Of a DNA stretch of 64,000 nt, positions 54,069 through 63,174 are shown piece by piece. Source of the DNA: an uncultured Gammaproteobacteria bacterium (GTDB lineage: Bacteria; Pseudomonadota; Gammaproteobacteria; JABCZS01). Position 1 is the first letter of the stretch, and each line of letters opens with the position of its first letter. The DNA lies in assembly GCA_963848305.1 (NCBI GenBank), contig CAWKDC010000003.1, positions 151,398 through 215,397 of the forward strand, given 5' to 3'. The notes under the pieces were generated by a model that had not been told where the DNA came from, made no database searches, and worked only from the letters and a program-made list of their open reading frames with translations. A program made the position numbers and the translations under genes.

Positions 54069-54554
54069 ATGAAGTTGGTAGTGAGAGGCCTGATCATGCT
54101 GGCAGGGATGGCTCTGGTCTTGCCTATATATGCGAGCACAATGACAGCAACGTGCATGAACTTTGAAGGGCCACAAACAGATTACATAACAAACGCAATT
54201 AATCCTGACAGTGATATAGCCTTCAATAAATTCGATGATCATAAATCAAAAATAAGTGGTGAAAAATCAATCCTCATTTGGGAGCAGGGTAATAGCACTG
54301 CAAAAATTATGTTTAAAGGAAATGAAGCAAATGCTGCTGAACACTGGCACGATCTCATTTTGCTATCAAATGAAACCGCTCATGGTGAGCAACAAGTGAC
54401 TTTTATTGGCATGTCTAGGGGTGCTCCAATCATGTATTCCGTTTACCCAGAGAGCAATGTTGTGATTTTTTCACAGCATAGTCACTGGAGCTTTGTGATG
54501 GAAGGTGTAAGGACTTTCATGTTCCATTCAAAATGCGATATTAAATTCAAATGA
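54069..54554 (+). CDS. hypothetical secreted protein (161 aa, signal peptide)
   Basis: N-terminal MKLVVRGLIMLAGMALVLPIYAS, with GGAGG upstream. No recognisable domain. Confidence 0.5.
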   Translation: MKLVVRGLIMLAGMALVLPIYASTMTATCMNFEGPQTDYITNAINPDSDIAFNKFDDHKSKISGEKSILIWEQGNSTAKIMFKGNEANAAEHWHDLILLSNETAHGEQQVTFIGMSRGAPIMYSVYPESNVVIFSQHSHWSFVMEGVRTFMFHSKCDIKFK

Positions 54555-54586
54555 TTTTCTGAAGCCGAAGACACTGGAACAGTATT

Positions 54587-54985
54587 GTGATAAACAAGTT
54601 GATAGCTTTTAAATATTTTCTCACGGCAACAATTTTGTTAGCAAATACCATCGCAATGGCCGAATGGACAAGTGTGCTTTCAGAAAAGAATAGGACGTCA
54701 TATATTGATTTCGCTACACTCAAAAAAACAGGAGGTTTCGTAAAAGTATGGGGTATGGATGAATTTAAAACACCAGAAAAATTTGGGAAAGATAATGTTT
54801 CTTCGCTCAGCACACAATATGAATTTAACTGTAAAGAGAGATCAACTAGAATTATTGCTGGTTATTCCTATAATGAAATCGGGGAGGTTGAGGATTTTTT
54901 TTTACAACCAACGGACTGGCTACCAATTCCGCCAGGATCAAGGGCTGATATCATCATGAGCAAAGTTTGTGATGATGCTGATTAA
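54587..54985 (+). CDS. secreted protein resembling the surface-adhesin E (Adhesin_E) family
   Basis: GTG start and signal peptide (LTATILLANTIAMA). Pattern W..V....SYIDF.T......VKVW......S....YEFNCKERS.R......Y...G.......WLPIPPGS......VC matches my recollection of Adhesin_E proteins. Confidence 0.45.
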   Translation: MINKLIAFKYFLTATILLANTIAMAEWTSVLSEKNRTSYIDFATLKKTGGFVKVWGMDEFKTPEKFGKDNVSSLSTQYEFNCKERSTRIIAGYSYNEIGEVEDFFLQPTDWLPIPPGSRADIIMSKVCDDAD

Positions 54986-55030
54986 TATCCCCTGTATCAT
55001 ATTTGGACGTCAGCGCATTGACGATCGTAG

Positions 55031-55537
55031 CTATTTTCTCTTCAATTTCCCCATATAGTTCGCATAACAATTTTTGACAGTGACTGAATCAGTTGTGTGA
55101 AAATTTTCAAATCGTAACTCTAAATGAATGGTAGCAGGATTATTAGGATTAAAGTTGCTTATCATAACATCAGTGGCAAGATAATGATTAAATTGTTGCT
55201 TTATTATGAATTGAGAGTGCACCAACTGATTTTGATTGACTGTAATTTTTCCAACAGTTCCCGAAACGTGGTCATCAAACCTTGACCATCCTCCAGTTAA
55301 CCTAAGTACGACTGGATCGTCGCTATAAGGATTAGGATTTTCAATATCACACGTAATATTGTACCATCTATTAAGAACAAGCGAGTTTTCTAAATTTATT
55401 GTAAATGTCTTATTTGGTAGAACGGTGCCTCCTGGAAGGGGTACTGCATCAATAGATTTAGATTTTGCTTGCGAAGCTAATGTTATGGAAATCATCCCAG
55501 CAAGAATAAGTATCAGTATGCGTCCCTTTGCTTTCAT
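55031..55537 (-). CDS. hypothetical secreted protein (168 aa, signal peptide)
   Basis: MKAKGRILILILAGMISITLASQA. No recognisable domain. The only minus-strand gene in the island. Confidence 0.5.
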   Translation of the reverse strand: MKAKGRILILILAGMISITLASQAKSKSIDAVPLPGGTVLPNKTFTINLENSLVLNRWYNITCDIENPNPYSDDPVVLRLTGGWSRFDDHVSGTVGKITVNQNQLVHSQFIIKQQFNHYLATDVMISNFNPNNPATIHLELRFENFHTTDSVTVKNCYANYMGKLKRK

Positions 55538-55574
55538 TTAATCTCCCTATTTTCAATGAAGTCCATCTCTCAAA

Positions 55575-55611
55575 GGAACCCCACGGGGAACCCCAGGATT
55601 GTCCAGAACCC
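55575..55611 (+). promoter_or_regulatory. GGAACCCC repeats near the tRNA-proximal island end (candidate integrase arm-type sites)
   Basis: GGAACCCC at 55575 and 55587 (12-nt spacing), plus AGAACCC at 55605. Confidence 0.3.
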
Positions 55612-55661
55612 AAGAAGAGGGCAGGATATTTTTAACCTATTGTTCTTATTGTTTTAATTAA

Positions 55662-55734
55662 AGCTGGCAACAGGAATCGAACCCGTGACCTACTGATTAC
55701 AAATCAGTTGCTCTACCTGCTGAGCTATGCCAGC
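55662..55734 (-). tRNA. tRNA-Thr (anticodon TGT)
   Basis: Minus strand reads GCTGGCATAGCTCAGCAGGTAGAGCAACTGATTTGTAATCAGTAGGTCACGGGTTCGATTCCTGTTGCCAGCT. Acceptor GCTGGCA/TGCCAGC, anticodon loop TTTGTAA. Confidence 0.92.
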
Positions 55735-55751
55735 AAAACCTTATTATGATA

Positions 55752-55833
55752 TACCGAGGGTCGGAATCGAACCGACACGACCGAAGTCACCGGATTTTGA
55801 GTCCGGCGCGTCTACCAGTTCCGCCACCCCGGC
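55752..55833 (-). tRNA. tRNA-Leu (anticodon CAA), long variable arm
   Basis: Minus strand reads GCCGGGGTGGCGGAACTGGTAGACGCGCCGGACTCAAAATCCGGTGACTTCGGTCGTGTCGGTTCGATTCCGACCCTCGGTA. Anticodon loop CTCAAAA. Confidence 0.9.
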
Positions 55834-56117
55834 ATATGTGGGAGGGAGTATACCAGAACTTATAAAAAGTGGGAGGGGGGCTACTCAATAATTTTCAATT
55901 TTGTCTAAAAACAGATACAATCCAACGGCCAATTATTAGGCAGAAAATGATACCATTATCAAGTATTCATCATCCACTGAAACGATTGTTGGCGTCTGAT
56001 CGGGGTGTGTCATGCCAAATCCGTGAGGCAAGGATGCCGAACAGAAGCCTACAGGGTTATATTCATGGTTTGGCAGCTCATCACCCGACATCAAGGCGCC
56101 TAAAAGGGTAACTCACA

Positions 56118-57149
56118 TTGAAACTACAAGACTTCGATTACATCCTCCCCGATGACCGCATCGCACGCCACCCTGCGCCTGAGCGCACGGGCAGTCGCTT
56201 GCTGGTTTTGAACGGGTCGGATGGCATCCTCAGTGACCGTCAGTTCAAAGACCTTCCTGAATTATTACGCCCCAATGACTGCCTTATTTTCAATGATACC
56301 CGCGTGATCAAAGCGCGCCTGTTTGGGCATAAATCAACAGGTGGACGCATCGAATTATTGATTGAACGGTTGCGCGGCACCCATGAAGCCCTCTGTCATA
56401 TGAAGGGCAGCAAGGGACTTCAGCCCGGGGCTATCCTCCATTTCCAATCTGCCCAAGCCACGTTTCTTGGGCGTGAAGGGAATTGTGTCAACCTCTCATT
56501 CAGCCTGCCTGTGCTTGAGTTGTTAGAAACCCAAGGCGAAATGCCGCTGCCACCCTACATTGATCGTCAGCCCGACACGACCGATGATAGCCGGTATCAA
56601 ACTGTCTATGCGAAACATCCCGGCGCTGTGGCTGCGCCCACGGCGGGGTTACATTTCGATGAAGCCTTGTTGGAAACATTGAAACAACAAGGCATTATCA
56701 TTGCCAGGGTGACATTGCATGTGGGCGCTGGCACCTTTCAGCCAGTGAAAGTCGAAGACATCACACAACATGAAATGCACGCGGAGTGGGCGCATGTCCC
56801 CAAAGAAACTGTCGAAGCCATTCAAAAAGCCAAAGCGGCCGGCGGAAGGGTGATCGCAGTCGGCACCACCAGTTTGCGTTCGCTCGAGTCTGCTGCCACT
56901 GCACCTGGGCACATTCAACCATTTGAAGGTGAAACAAACATATTCATTTATCCAGGTTACACATTCAAGATAGTCGATGTGTTGCTCACGAATTTCCATT
57001 TGCCCAAATCCACATTATTGATGTTAGTCAGCGCTTTTGCAGGTTTCGATCACATTAAGGTTGCTTATCAGCACGCATTAGACCATCATTATCGCTTTTT
57101 CAGCTATGGCGATGCGATGTTCATCACCGCAAAAGATCCGATTGCGTAA
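56118..57149 (+). CDS. queA: tRNA preQ1(34) S-adenosylmethionine ribosyltransferase-isomerase
   Basis: 343-aa ORF with a TTG start. LQDFDYILPDDRIARHPAPERTGSRLLV and LLTNFHLPKSTLLMLVSAF. Confidence 0.92.
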   Translation: MKLQDFDYILPDDRIARHPAPERTGSRLLVLNGSDGILSDRQFKDLPELLRPNDCLIFNDTRVIKARLFGHKSTGGRIELLIERLRGTHEALCHMKGSKGLQPGAILHFQSAQATFLGREGNCVNLSFSLPVLELLETQGEMPLPPYIDRQPDTTDDSRYQTVYAKHPGAVAAPTAGLHFDEALLETLKQQGIIIARVTLHVGAGTFQPVKVEDITQHEMHAEWAHVPKETVEAIQKAKAAGGRVIAVGTTSLRSLESAATAPGHIQPFEGETNIFIYPGYTFKIVDVLLTNFHLPKSTLLMLVSAFAGFDHIKVAYQHALDHHYRFFSYGDAMFITAKDPIA

Positions 57150-57195
57150 ATCAATAAAACGCGTTACGATGTGCACATCTTCATAAGGAGTCAAC

Positions 57196-57528
57196 ATGAT
57201 ATCGATTATTTCTAGCGCACATGCGGCTGATGCTGCAACGCCTCCGCAAGGCAGTGGTTTTGTTGAAATCGGCATTCTGATATTTTTCTTTGCTGTGTTC
57301 TACATGTTAATTTGGCGTCCACAAGCCAAGCGTGCGAAAGAGCACCGCAACTTGATCAGCGCCCTTGCCAAAGGTGATGAAGTGGTGGTATCCGGTGGTT
57401 TATTAGGCCGCATCACTGATTTAGACGATCAGTATGTTGTGATTGCCCCCAGCGAAGGTGTATCATTGCGCTTTCAACGTCAATCAGTTGTTCAAGTGTT
57501 GCCAAAAGGGACGTTAAAATCACTTTAA
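57196..57528 (+). CDS. yajC: preprotein translocase subunit YajC
   Basis: 110-aa ORF with a single TM. FYMLIWRPQAKRAKEHRNLISALAKGDEVVVSGGLLGRI. Confidence 0.9.
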   Translation: MISIISSAHAADAATPPQGSGFVEIGILIFFFAVFYMLIWRPQAKRAKEHRNLISALAKGDEVVVSGGLLGRITDLDDQYVVIAPSEGVSLRFQRQSVVQVLPKGTLKSL

Positions 57529-57545
57529 TTGTTTAGGGATGAGCT

Positions 57546-59375
57546 GTGATCAATCAATTTCCACGATGGAAGAACTGGGCCATCGCCATTTTCATGATGG
57601 TGGCCTTTTTATATGCGTTACCAAACATCTTCGGTGATAATCCTGCCATTCAGATTTCAACTGAAAAGGGTGCTGCCATTGATGAGTTTGTCGTCCGTAA
57701 AATGAAATCAACATTGGACGATGCGAAGATCCCTTATACGCTCGAACAGAATGATCACGCTGTCTTGATTCGTTTTAAAGCTTCAGACGAGCAGCTCGCG
57801 GCACAATCCTTGCTGGCCAAAACATTGGGTGACAGTTATATTGTCGCGCTCAATTTGGCACCCGCCACACCTGAATGGATGAAAAAGATTGGTGCAAAAC
57901 CCATGAAACTGGGTCTCGATTTGCGCGGGGGTGTTCACTTTTTGATGCAAGTCGATATGGCAGATGTTGAGCAGCGCCATCTAGATGGATTGGTTGAAGG
58001 GGTTCGAAGCAATTTACGGGATGAAAAAATCCGTTACCGTGCGCTGACAGCTGATGCGCAAGGTATTCTCATTCGCTGGGCGACACCGGAGGATGCGAAA
58101 AAAGCTGTGTCAGCATTACACACTTCTTTTCCTGAACTCATTTTCACGCAACCCGAACCGCTCGTCACACAAGCGATATTGAGTCCAACAGGCAAGAAAA
58201 CATTGGTTGACGATGCGATGGATCAAACCATGATGACATTGCGCAACCGTGTCAATGAATTGGGCGTGGCAGAAGCTGTGGTGCAACGCCAAGGGTTGGA
58301 TCGCGTGGTGGTTGAATTGCCAGGTGTGCAAGATACCGCCTATGCTAAACAAATTTTGGGAACCACTGCATCTGTGGCGTTTTATTTGTTGAGTGATGAA
58401 AAGTCGATCGGAGGTGGTATCACTTTCAAAGACAGACACGGCCTTCCACAGACATTTGATAGAGCGGTCGTGCTTTCAGGCGACAACATTGTCGGTGCGC
58501 GATCAGGTTTTGACCAATACGGAAAACCTGCAGTGTTTATTCAAATTGGTGGCAATGTCGCTGCTTTTTCAAAGATCACGGGCGACAACGTGGGGCGTGG
58601 CATGGGCACGGTGTTCACTGAAACGCGTTACCATGATGCCGTAGTGAATGGTGTTCCAACGCGTGTGGCAGACACCACACGTGAAGTGATTAACGTCGCC
58701 ACCATCAACCAACGTCTTGACAATCATTTTCAAATCTCGCCCATGTCTAGCCCGCAAGAAGCGCGCAATCTCGCGTTGCTGTTGCGTGCAGGTGCATTTC
58801 CTGCGCCAGTGGATTATATTGAAGAGCGTATCATTGGCCCCAGCATGGGTGAAGAAAATATCAAAAAAGGTGTGATTTCATTGGTCGCTGGCCTTGCGTT
58901 GGTCTTAGGCTTCATGATGTGTTATTACAGTGTGTTCGGTATTATTTCAAACATTGCACTGCTCATGAATTTGGTCGTCCTCGTTGCCGTTTTGTCATTA
59001 CTTGGCGCCACCTTGACACTGCCCAGCATGGCGGCAATTGTGTTGACACTGGGGATGGCGGTAGATGCGAACGTCTTGATCTTCGAGCGGATCCGTGAAG
59101 AATTGCGTCATGGGCAAACAGGGCATGGCAGTATTCATGCCGGTTATGAAAAAGCATTTTTGACGATTGTGGATGCAAATATCACCACACTCATTGCTGC
59201 GATTGCGCTATTCTCGATTGGCAGCGGGCCAATCAAAGGGTTTGCGATCACATTGATCATTGGTCTCATCACATCTGTGTTCACAGGGGTGACGGTGTCT
59301 CGCGCAATAGTGAATCTCATTTTTGGTGGCAAGCGGTTGAGTCGTTTACCGATTGGCATGAGCGACTTGAAATAA
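57546..59375 (+). CDS. secD: protein translocase subunit SecD
   Basis: 609-aa ORF with a GTG start. LGLDLRGGVHFLMQVD and six C-terminal TM helices. Confidence 0.93.
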   Translation: MINQFPRWKNWAIAIFMMVAFLYALPNIFGDNPAIQISTEKGAAIDEFVVRKMKSTLDDAKIPYTLEQNDHAVLIRFKASDEQLAAQSLLAKTLGDSYIVALNLAPATPEWMKKIGAKPMKLGLDLRGGVHFLMQVDMADVEQRHLDGLVEGVRSNLRDEKIRYRALTADAQGILIRWATPEDAKKAVSALHTSFPELIFTQPEPLVTQAILSPTGKKTLVDDAMDQTMMTLRNRVNELGVAEAVVQRQGLDRVVVELPGVQDTAYAKQILGTTASVAFYLLSDEKSIGGGITFKDRHGLPQTFDRAVVLSGDNIVGARSGFDQYGKPAVFIQIGGNVAAFSKITGDNVGRGMGTVFTETRYHDAVVNGVPTRVADTTREVINVATINQRLDNHFQISPMSSPQEARNLALLLRAGAFPAPVDYIEERIIGPSMGEENIKKGVISLVAGLALVLGFMMCYYSVFGIISNIALLMNLVVLVAVLSLLGATLTLPSMAAIVLTLGMAVDANVLIFERIREELRHGQTGHGSIHAGYEKAFLTIVDANITTLIAAIALFSIGSGPIKGFAITLIIGLITSVFTGVTVSRAIVNLIFGGKRLSRLPIGMSDLK

Positions 59376-59384
59376 GGATGCAAC

Positions 59385-60310
59385 GTGGAATTTTTTAAAA
59401 AAGATTTGCAAATTGATTTTTTAGGGCCCGTTGGGGCGCTGCGATATTCTCATTGGTGCTGGTGATGGGTTCATTGGTATCTTTGTTTGTGAATGGCATT
59501 CATTGGGGGCTTGATTTCACAGGTGGCACAGTCATTGAAATCCAATACCCTCATGCGGTCGATATCGATCCTATTCGTGAAACGCTGGCAAAAGGGAGTA
59601 TCGAGGGAGCGGTTGTTCAACATTATGGTTCGAACGACAACATCATGATCCGTTTGCCTTTGCAAGAAGGCGTGAATGAGCAGGCATTGTCTGCCAAAGT
59701 GCTATCTGTCTTAAAAGCGGATGACCCAACAGCCAAATTATTGCGCGTTGAATTAGTGGGCGCACAGATTGGGAAGGAATTGGCAAGCCAAGGTGCGTTG
59801 GCGGTGTGTGTGGCGTGGTTTGGCACGATGTTATACGTTGCTCTGCGTTTTGAATGGCGTTTTGCTTTGGGTGCCGCATTGGCATTGGCGCACGATCCTT
59901 TCCTGATCTTAGGCATGTTTTCATTGTTTCAAATTGAATTTGATTTGCCGACATTGGCGGGTATCCTTGCGGTGATCGGTTATTCATTGAATGATACGAT
60001 CGTGGTGTTTGATCGTGTCAAAGAAAACTTCATTAAAATGCGTAAAGGCGATGCGAATGAGATCATGAACCTATCATTGAATCAAACGTTGTCTCGCACC
60101 ATCATGACATCTTTCATGACGTTACTCGTTGTCGTGGCATTGCTCATTTACGGGGGGCCCACTTTATTCGGATTTTCATTGGCGCTAGCGGTTGGGATTG
60201 TGGTTGGTACTTATTCATCGATATACGTCGCTGGATCATTGTCGTTGGCCATGGGCCTGCGTCGTGAGAACTTGATTGCGCCGCCTAAAGAAGAAAACAG
60301 AACGGTATGA
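59385..60310 (+). pseudogene. secF: protein translocase subunit SecF, interrupted by a 1-nt frame shift near the 5' end
   Basis: From the GTG at 59385 (AAGGA 6 nt upstream) the frame reads (M)EFFKKDLQIDF. Frame +2 then continues FRARWGAAIFSLVLVMGSLVSLF...GLDFTGG (ORF 59453..60310). The shift lies in the T-run at 59417-59422; one more T restores the frame. Confidence 0.88.
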
Positions 60311-60311
60311 T

Positions 60312-61778
60312 ATGCAAACACATCAAACACTGAAAGATGCTTTCTGTATTCTACTCCTTTCATTGTTTATATTGATCACCACCACACAAGGCTATCCGTT
60401 ACTCAATCACGATGAATCCCGTTATTCTGAAATTCCCCGTGAAATGGTGGCAACAGGGGAATATATTGTTCCTCGCCTCAATGGCATTATTTATCTGGAA
60501 AAACCCCCGCTATTTTATTGGCTCCAATCTCTGTCTATTAGCGTGTTTGGAAACAATGAAGGGGCTGTCCGGTTTTGGAATGCTTTCTTTGCTTCCTTCA
60601 CGTGCATGATGCTATATATCGCTGGCGCTGTGCTCTATGATCGTCGCACCGGCCTTGTTGCCGCTGGGTTATTGTTTTCAAGCTTGTTATTTTATGCAAT
60701 GGCACATTTTATATCGCTCGATATGACACTCAGTGCTTTTGTGACTGGCAGTTTATTTTGTTTAATGATTGGACTTCATCGTCCTCAGCAGGATGACGTC
60801 CGACGCGCATGGATATATGGCAGCTACATTTTTGCTGCATTGGCGCTGATGACAAAAGGGTTGGTTGGTATTTTATTGCCGGGCAGTGTGTTTGTGATTT
60901 GGATGTTATTAACACGACGTTTTATTGCACTGAAACAGATCTATTTAGTATCAGGGTTGTTATTGTTTTTTGCCATTGCATTGCCATGGCATATCCTCAT
61001 TCAGGAACGCGTCCCACAGTTTTTTGACTTTTACGTGGTAGGGCAACATTTTAACCGCTATCTCACCTTGGCCGAGAATCGATATGAACCTTTTTGGTTT
61101 TTCATCCCAGTACTATTAGCAGGATTGCTGCCCTGGACTTTTTACGTGATCCCTTCATTGTACCATTCATGTCGAGGTTGGTTGCGCAATATCAAAGGCA
61201 AATCCACTGAGACATTTTTATGGGTGTGGATTTTATTTATTTTTATTTTCTTCTCATTGTCAAAATCCAAATTAATCCCGTACATTCTACCTGTTTTCCC
61301 GCCTATCTTTTTATTATTGGCGACGGATATATCCATCTTTCGTCCATCTCGATTTCCAAAAATTAAAACTTTGCTGGGAATAGGATTGTGCGCTGTGATT
61401 ATTTACTCCGTTGCCGTTCCCACTTGGACATATTACGCTGATCGATCCATCAAACCACTGGCCATGTTAATCAACGAAAGAAAAGGCCAATATGATGAGC
61501 TTGTTTCATTCGGTGAATATTATCAGGATTTACCATTTTATACTGAACAATTGGTCACTGTGGTTAACAGCCAGGGTGAATTAGATTTTGGGATGACACT
61601 TGAAGATAAAACAGATTATATGATCAATCAACAAACATTATTTAAGCGATGGGAAAATCCAAATCACCGTATCTTGATGGTGATCAGCCGGAAAAAATAT
61701 AAAAATATTGTTTCAAAGCTCTCTCCGCCACCAAAAATATTGGGTGAAACGCCGAAGCATATTTTAATCATGAATTGA
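60312..61778 (+). CDS. glycosyltransferase family 39 (ArnT/PMT-like) membrane protein
   Basis: MQTHQTL..., then YPLLNHDESRYSEIPREMVATGEYIVPRLNGIIYLEKPPLFYW and about 12 TM helices. The track ORF starts at 60276. Confidence 0.8.
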   Translation: MQTHQTLKDAFCILLLSLFILITTTQGYPLLNHDESRYSEIPREMVATGEYIVPRLNGIIYLEKPPLFYWLQSLSISVFGNNEGAVRFWNAFFASFTCMMLYIAGAVLYDRRTGLVAAGLLFSSLLFYAMAHFISLDMTLSAFVTGSLFCLMIGLHRPQQDDVRRAWIYGSYIFAALALMTKGLVGILLPGSVFVIWMLLTRRFIALKQIYLVSGLLLFFAIALPWHILIQERVPQFFDFYVVGQHFNRYLTLAENRYEPFWFFIPVLLAGLLPWTFYVIPSLYHSCRGWLRNIKGKSTETFLWVWILFIFIFFSLSKSKLIPYILPVFPPIFLLLATDISIFRPSRFPKIKTLLGIGLCAVIIYSVAVPTWTYYADRSIKPLAMLINERKGQYDELVSFGEYYQDLPFYTEQLVTVVNSQGELDFGMTLEDKTDYMINQQTLFKRWENPNHRILMVISRKKYKNIVSKLSPPPKILGETPKHILIMN

Positions 61779-61839
61779 AAAATATACACCAATATTTTAT
61801 ATTGTACGGGTGCACCATGCTGCACACCATCATGAAATT

Positions 61840-63069
61840 TCACAATTTAATTAAATCCGCCCTTGTCAACATTGCTCCCAGTATGACATTCAAATAAATG
61901 CTATTCGCCTTCTCATGCCCAACACTATGGCTTAATAGAAATGCAGATTGTTCTGCCTCATTCAACCCTGAAGGCACTTTGCGTTTGCAATGTGAATGGA
62001 TATACCGTTTTGGTGAAAACGGAACGCCTGCTGCTTTCGCCGTTTCATCCATCGCAAGTTGTTCCATGCAAGACAATCCGCTCGCACGTAAAATAATTGT
62101 TTGACTGCGCCACATCATGCTTGCAATGTTTTCTGGTGTTTGCATTTCGAGGGGGATGATGTATAAATTCGAATTCCTTTCTCGATTTCTCAAACATTTT
62201 TGCATGAGATGATCAAACAGGGCATGGTTTCGTGAGCACGCGACAAAAAAATAATGGGGAACATTTAAGGGTTGATTTGAATAATTTTCCCATATTCCAT
62301 TGAAATATTCTTCAATCGCTTCGAGGCCTTGTGAGCCCATCATCAGCGTAGTGACTTGAGCGTTTTCAGGTAGACTGAGATTATTGGTGGAGGACAAACC
62401 ATAATAAGAAGCAAGCTTTGGGTGGATATTCACCTGCACATTATTCATATTATTGGGTAACTGTTTGAAAGCGGTGTGAACAGGCTTGCTCCAGCGACTG
62501 TGCACGTCAACAGGATTAATCTTGCAATATTTTTCCCAAAAATGTGCTTGATGCTTTTTCTTGGTTGCCAATGGTTTGTTGCTGTGTAGTAGAAACGTGA
62601 CGTTATCAAAGTGAGCACGTTTCTTAATACCTGAGAAGCAAGGATGCGTTTTATTGACGGGCAGGTCTGTCAATACCTTGTGGTAGGTGACAGGTGTTTG
62701 AGTTGCCGCTGCCATCTGCCGTACCAGGAAAGGGGTGAAAACAGGCTGTGTATCGATGACGGTATCTATAGGGTATGCGCTGAATAGAGCCTGAATATCA
62801 CTGGCCAGCTTTTGTCCAAAAAAGTAGTCGTAAAAGAATTCATAAACCCCGACGGCGGCCGGCAGGTAATGGGCAATCAAGGAGTCTTGGCGTATACCGG
62901 CGTTCCACAGGTCCACGATAATGGGTTTAACGGGGTAAAAATAGTTGACCATGTCAAGCATATGGACTGTGGCATCAGGGTGTTTTAAGGCCAATTCCGC
63001 CTTGATGTTATGAGTAGCCACCGTATGGCCATGCCCGCTGGAGCAGGTGATGAAGAGTATATGTTGCAT
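61840..63069 (-). CDS. putative glycosyltransferase (GT28 / MGDG-synthase-like N-terminus)
   Basis: MQHILFITCSSGHGHTVATHNIKAELALKH resembles the N-terminus of MGDG-synthase/UgtP-type enzymes. The rest is not recognisable to me. Confidence 0.45.
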   Translation of the reverse strand: MQHILFITCSSGHGHTVATHNIKAELALKHPDATVHMLDMVNYFYPVKPIIVDLWNAGIRQDSLIAHYLPAAVGVYEFFYDYFFGQKLASDIQALFSAYPIDTVIDTQPVFTPFLVRQMAAATQTPVTYHKVLTDLPVNKTHPCFSGIKKRAHFDNVTFLLHSNKPLATKKKHQAHFWEKYCKINPVDVHSRWSKPVHTAFKQLPNNMNNVQVNIHPKLASYYGLSSTNNLSLPENAQVTTLMMGSQGLEAIEEYFNGIWENYSNQPLNVPHYFFVACSRNHALFDHLMQKCLRNRERNSNLYIIPLEMQTPENIASMMWRSQTIILRASGLSCMEQLAMDETAKAAGVPFSPKRYIHSHCKRKVPSGLNEAEQSAFLLSHSVGHEKANSIYLNVILGAMLTRADLIKL

Positions 63070-63116
63070 GGCAGTTCCGTTGCGCAAGCCTATTTTGCCC
63101 CCTAGACAGCGGAGGC

Positions 63117-63138
63117 GTGAGGGCGCATATTTGCGCCC
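63117..63138. repeat. REP-like palindromic element
   Basis: GTGAGGGCGCATATTTGCGCCC. It has the same CGCATATTTGCG centre as the copy at 20729. Confidence 0.6.
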
Positions 63139-63174
63139 ATGATGCGGTGGATTTTAATACACCGTATAGCCACT

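Larger units (their letters stand above)
47239..55705. mobile_element. 8.4-kb integrative island at tRNA-Thr (integrase, AlpA, primase, DUF927 helicase; P4-like/satellite-like layout)
   Basis: Bounded by identical 44-bp direct repeats (47239-47282 and 55662-55705). The right repeat is the 3' part of an intact tRNA-Thr. Carries a tyrosine integrase, an AlpA-type regulator and a primase-helicase module. Looks AT-richer than its flanks by eye (not computed). Confidence 0.85.

Noticed and set aside
55989-56100. Naming the structured segment as SRP (4.5S) RNA, 6S RNA or a preQ1 riboswitch
   Set aside because: Its size and hairpin shape resemble 4.5S RNA. However, I could not find the conserved GGAA tetraloop/AGCA domain IV motif, a 6S central bubble, or the short preQ1 aptamer consensus. 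It is left as an unnamed candidate.
55869-56111. 80-aa ORF upstream of queA
   Set aside because: It has no RBS and an odd composition. It overlaps the segment with nested RNA-like complementarity, so it is more likely non-coding.
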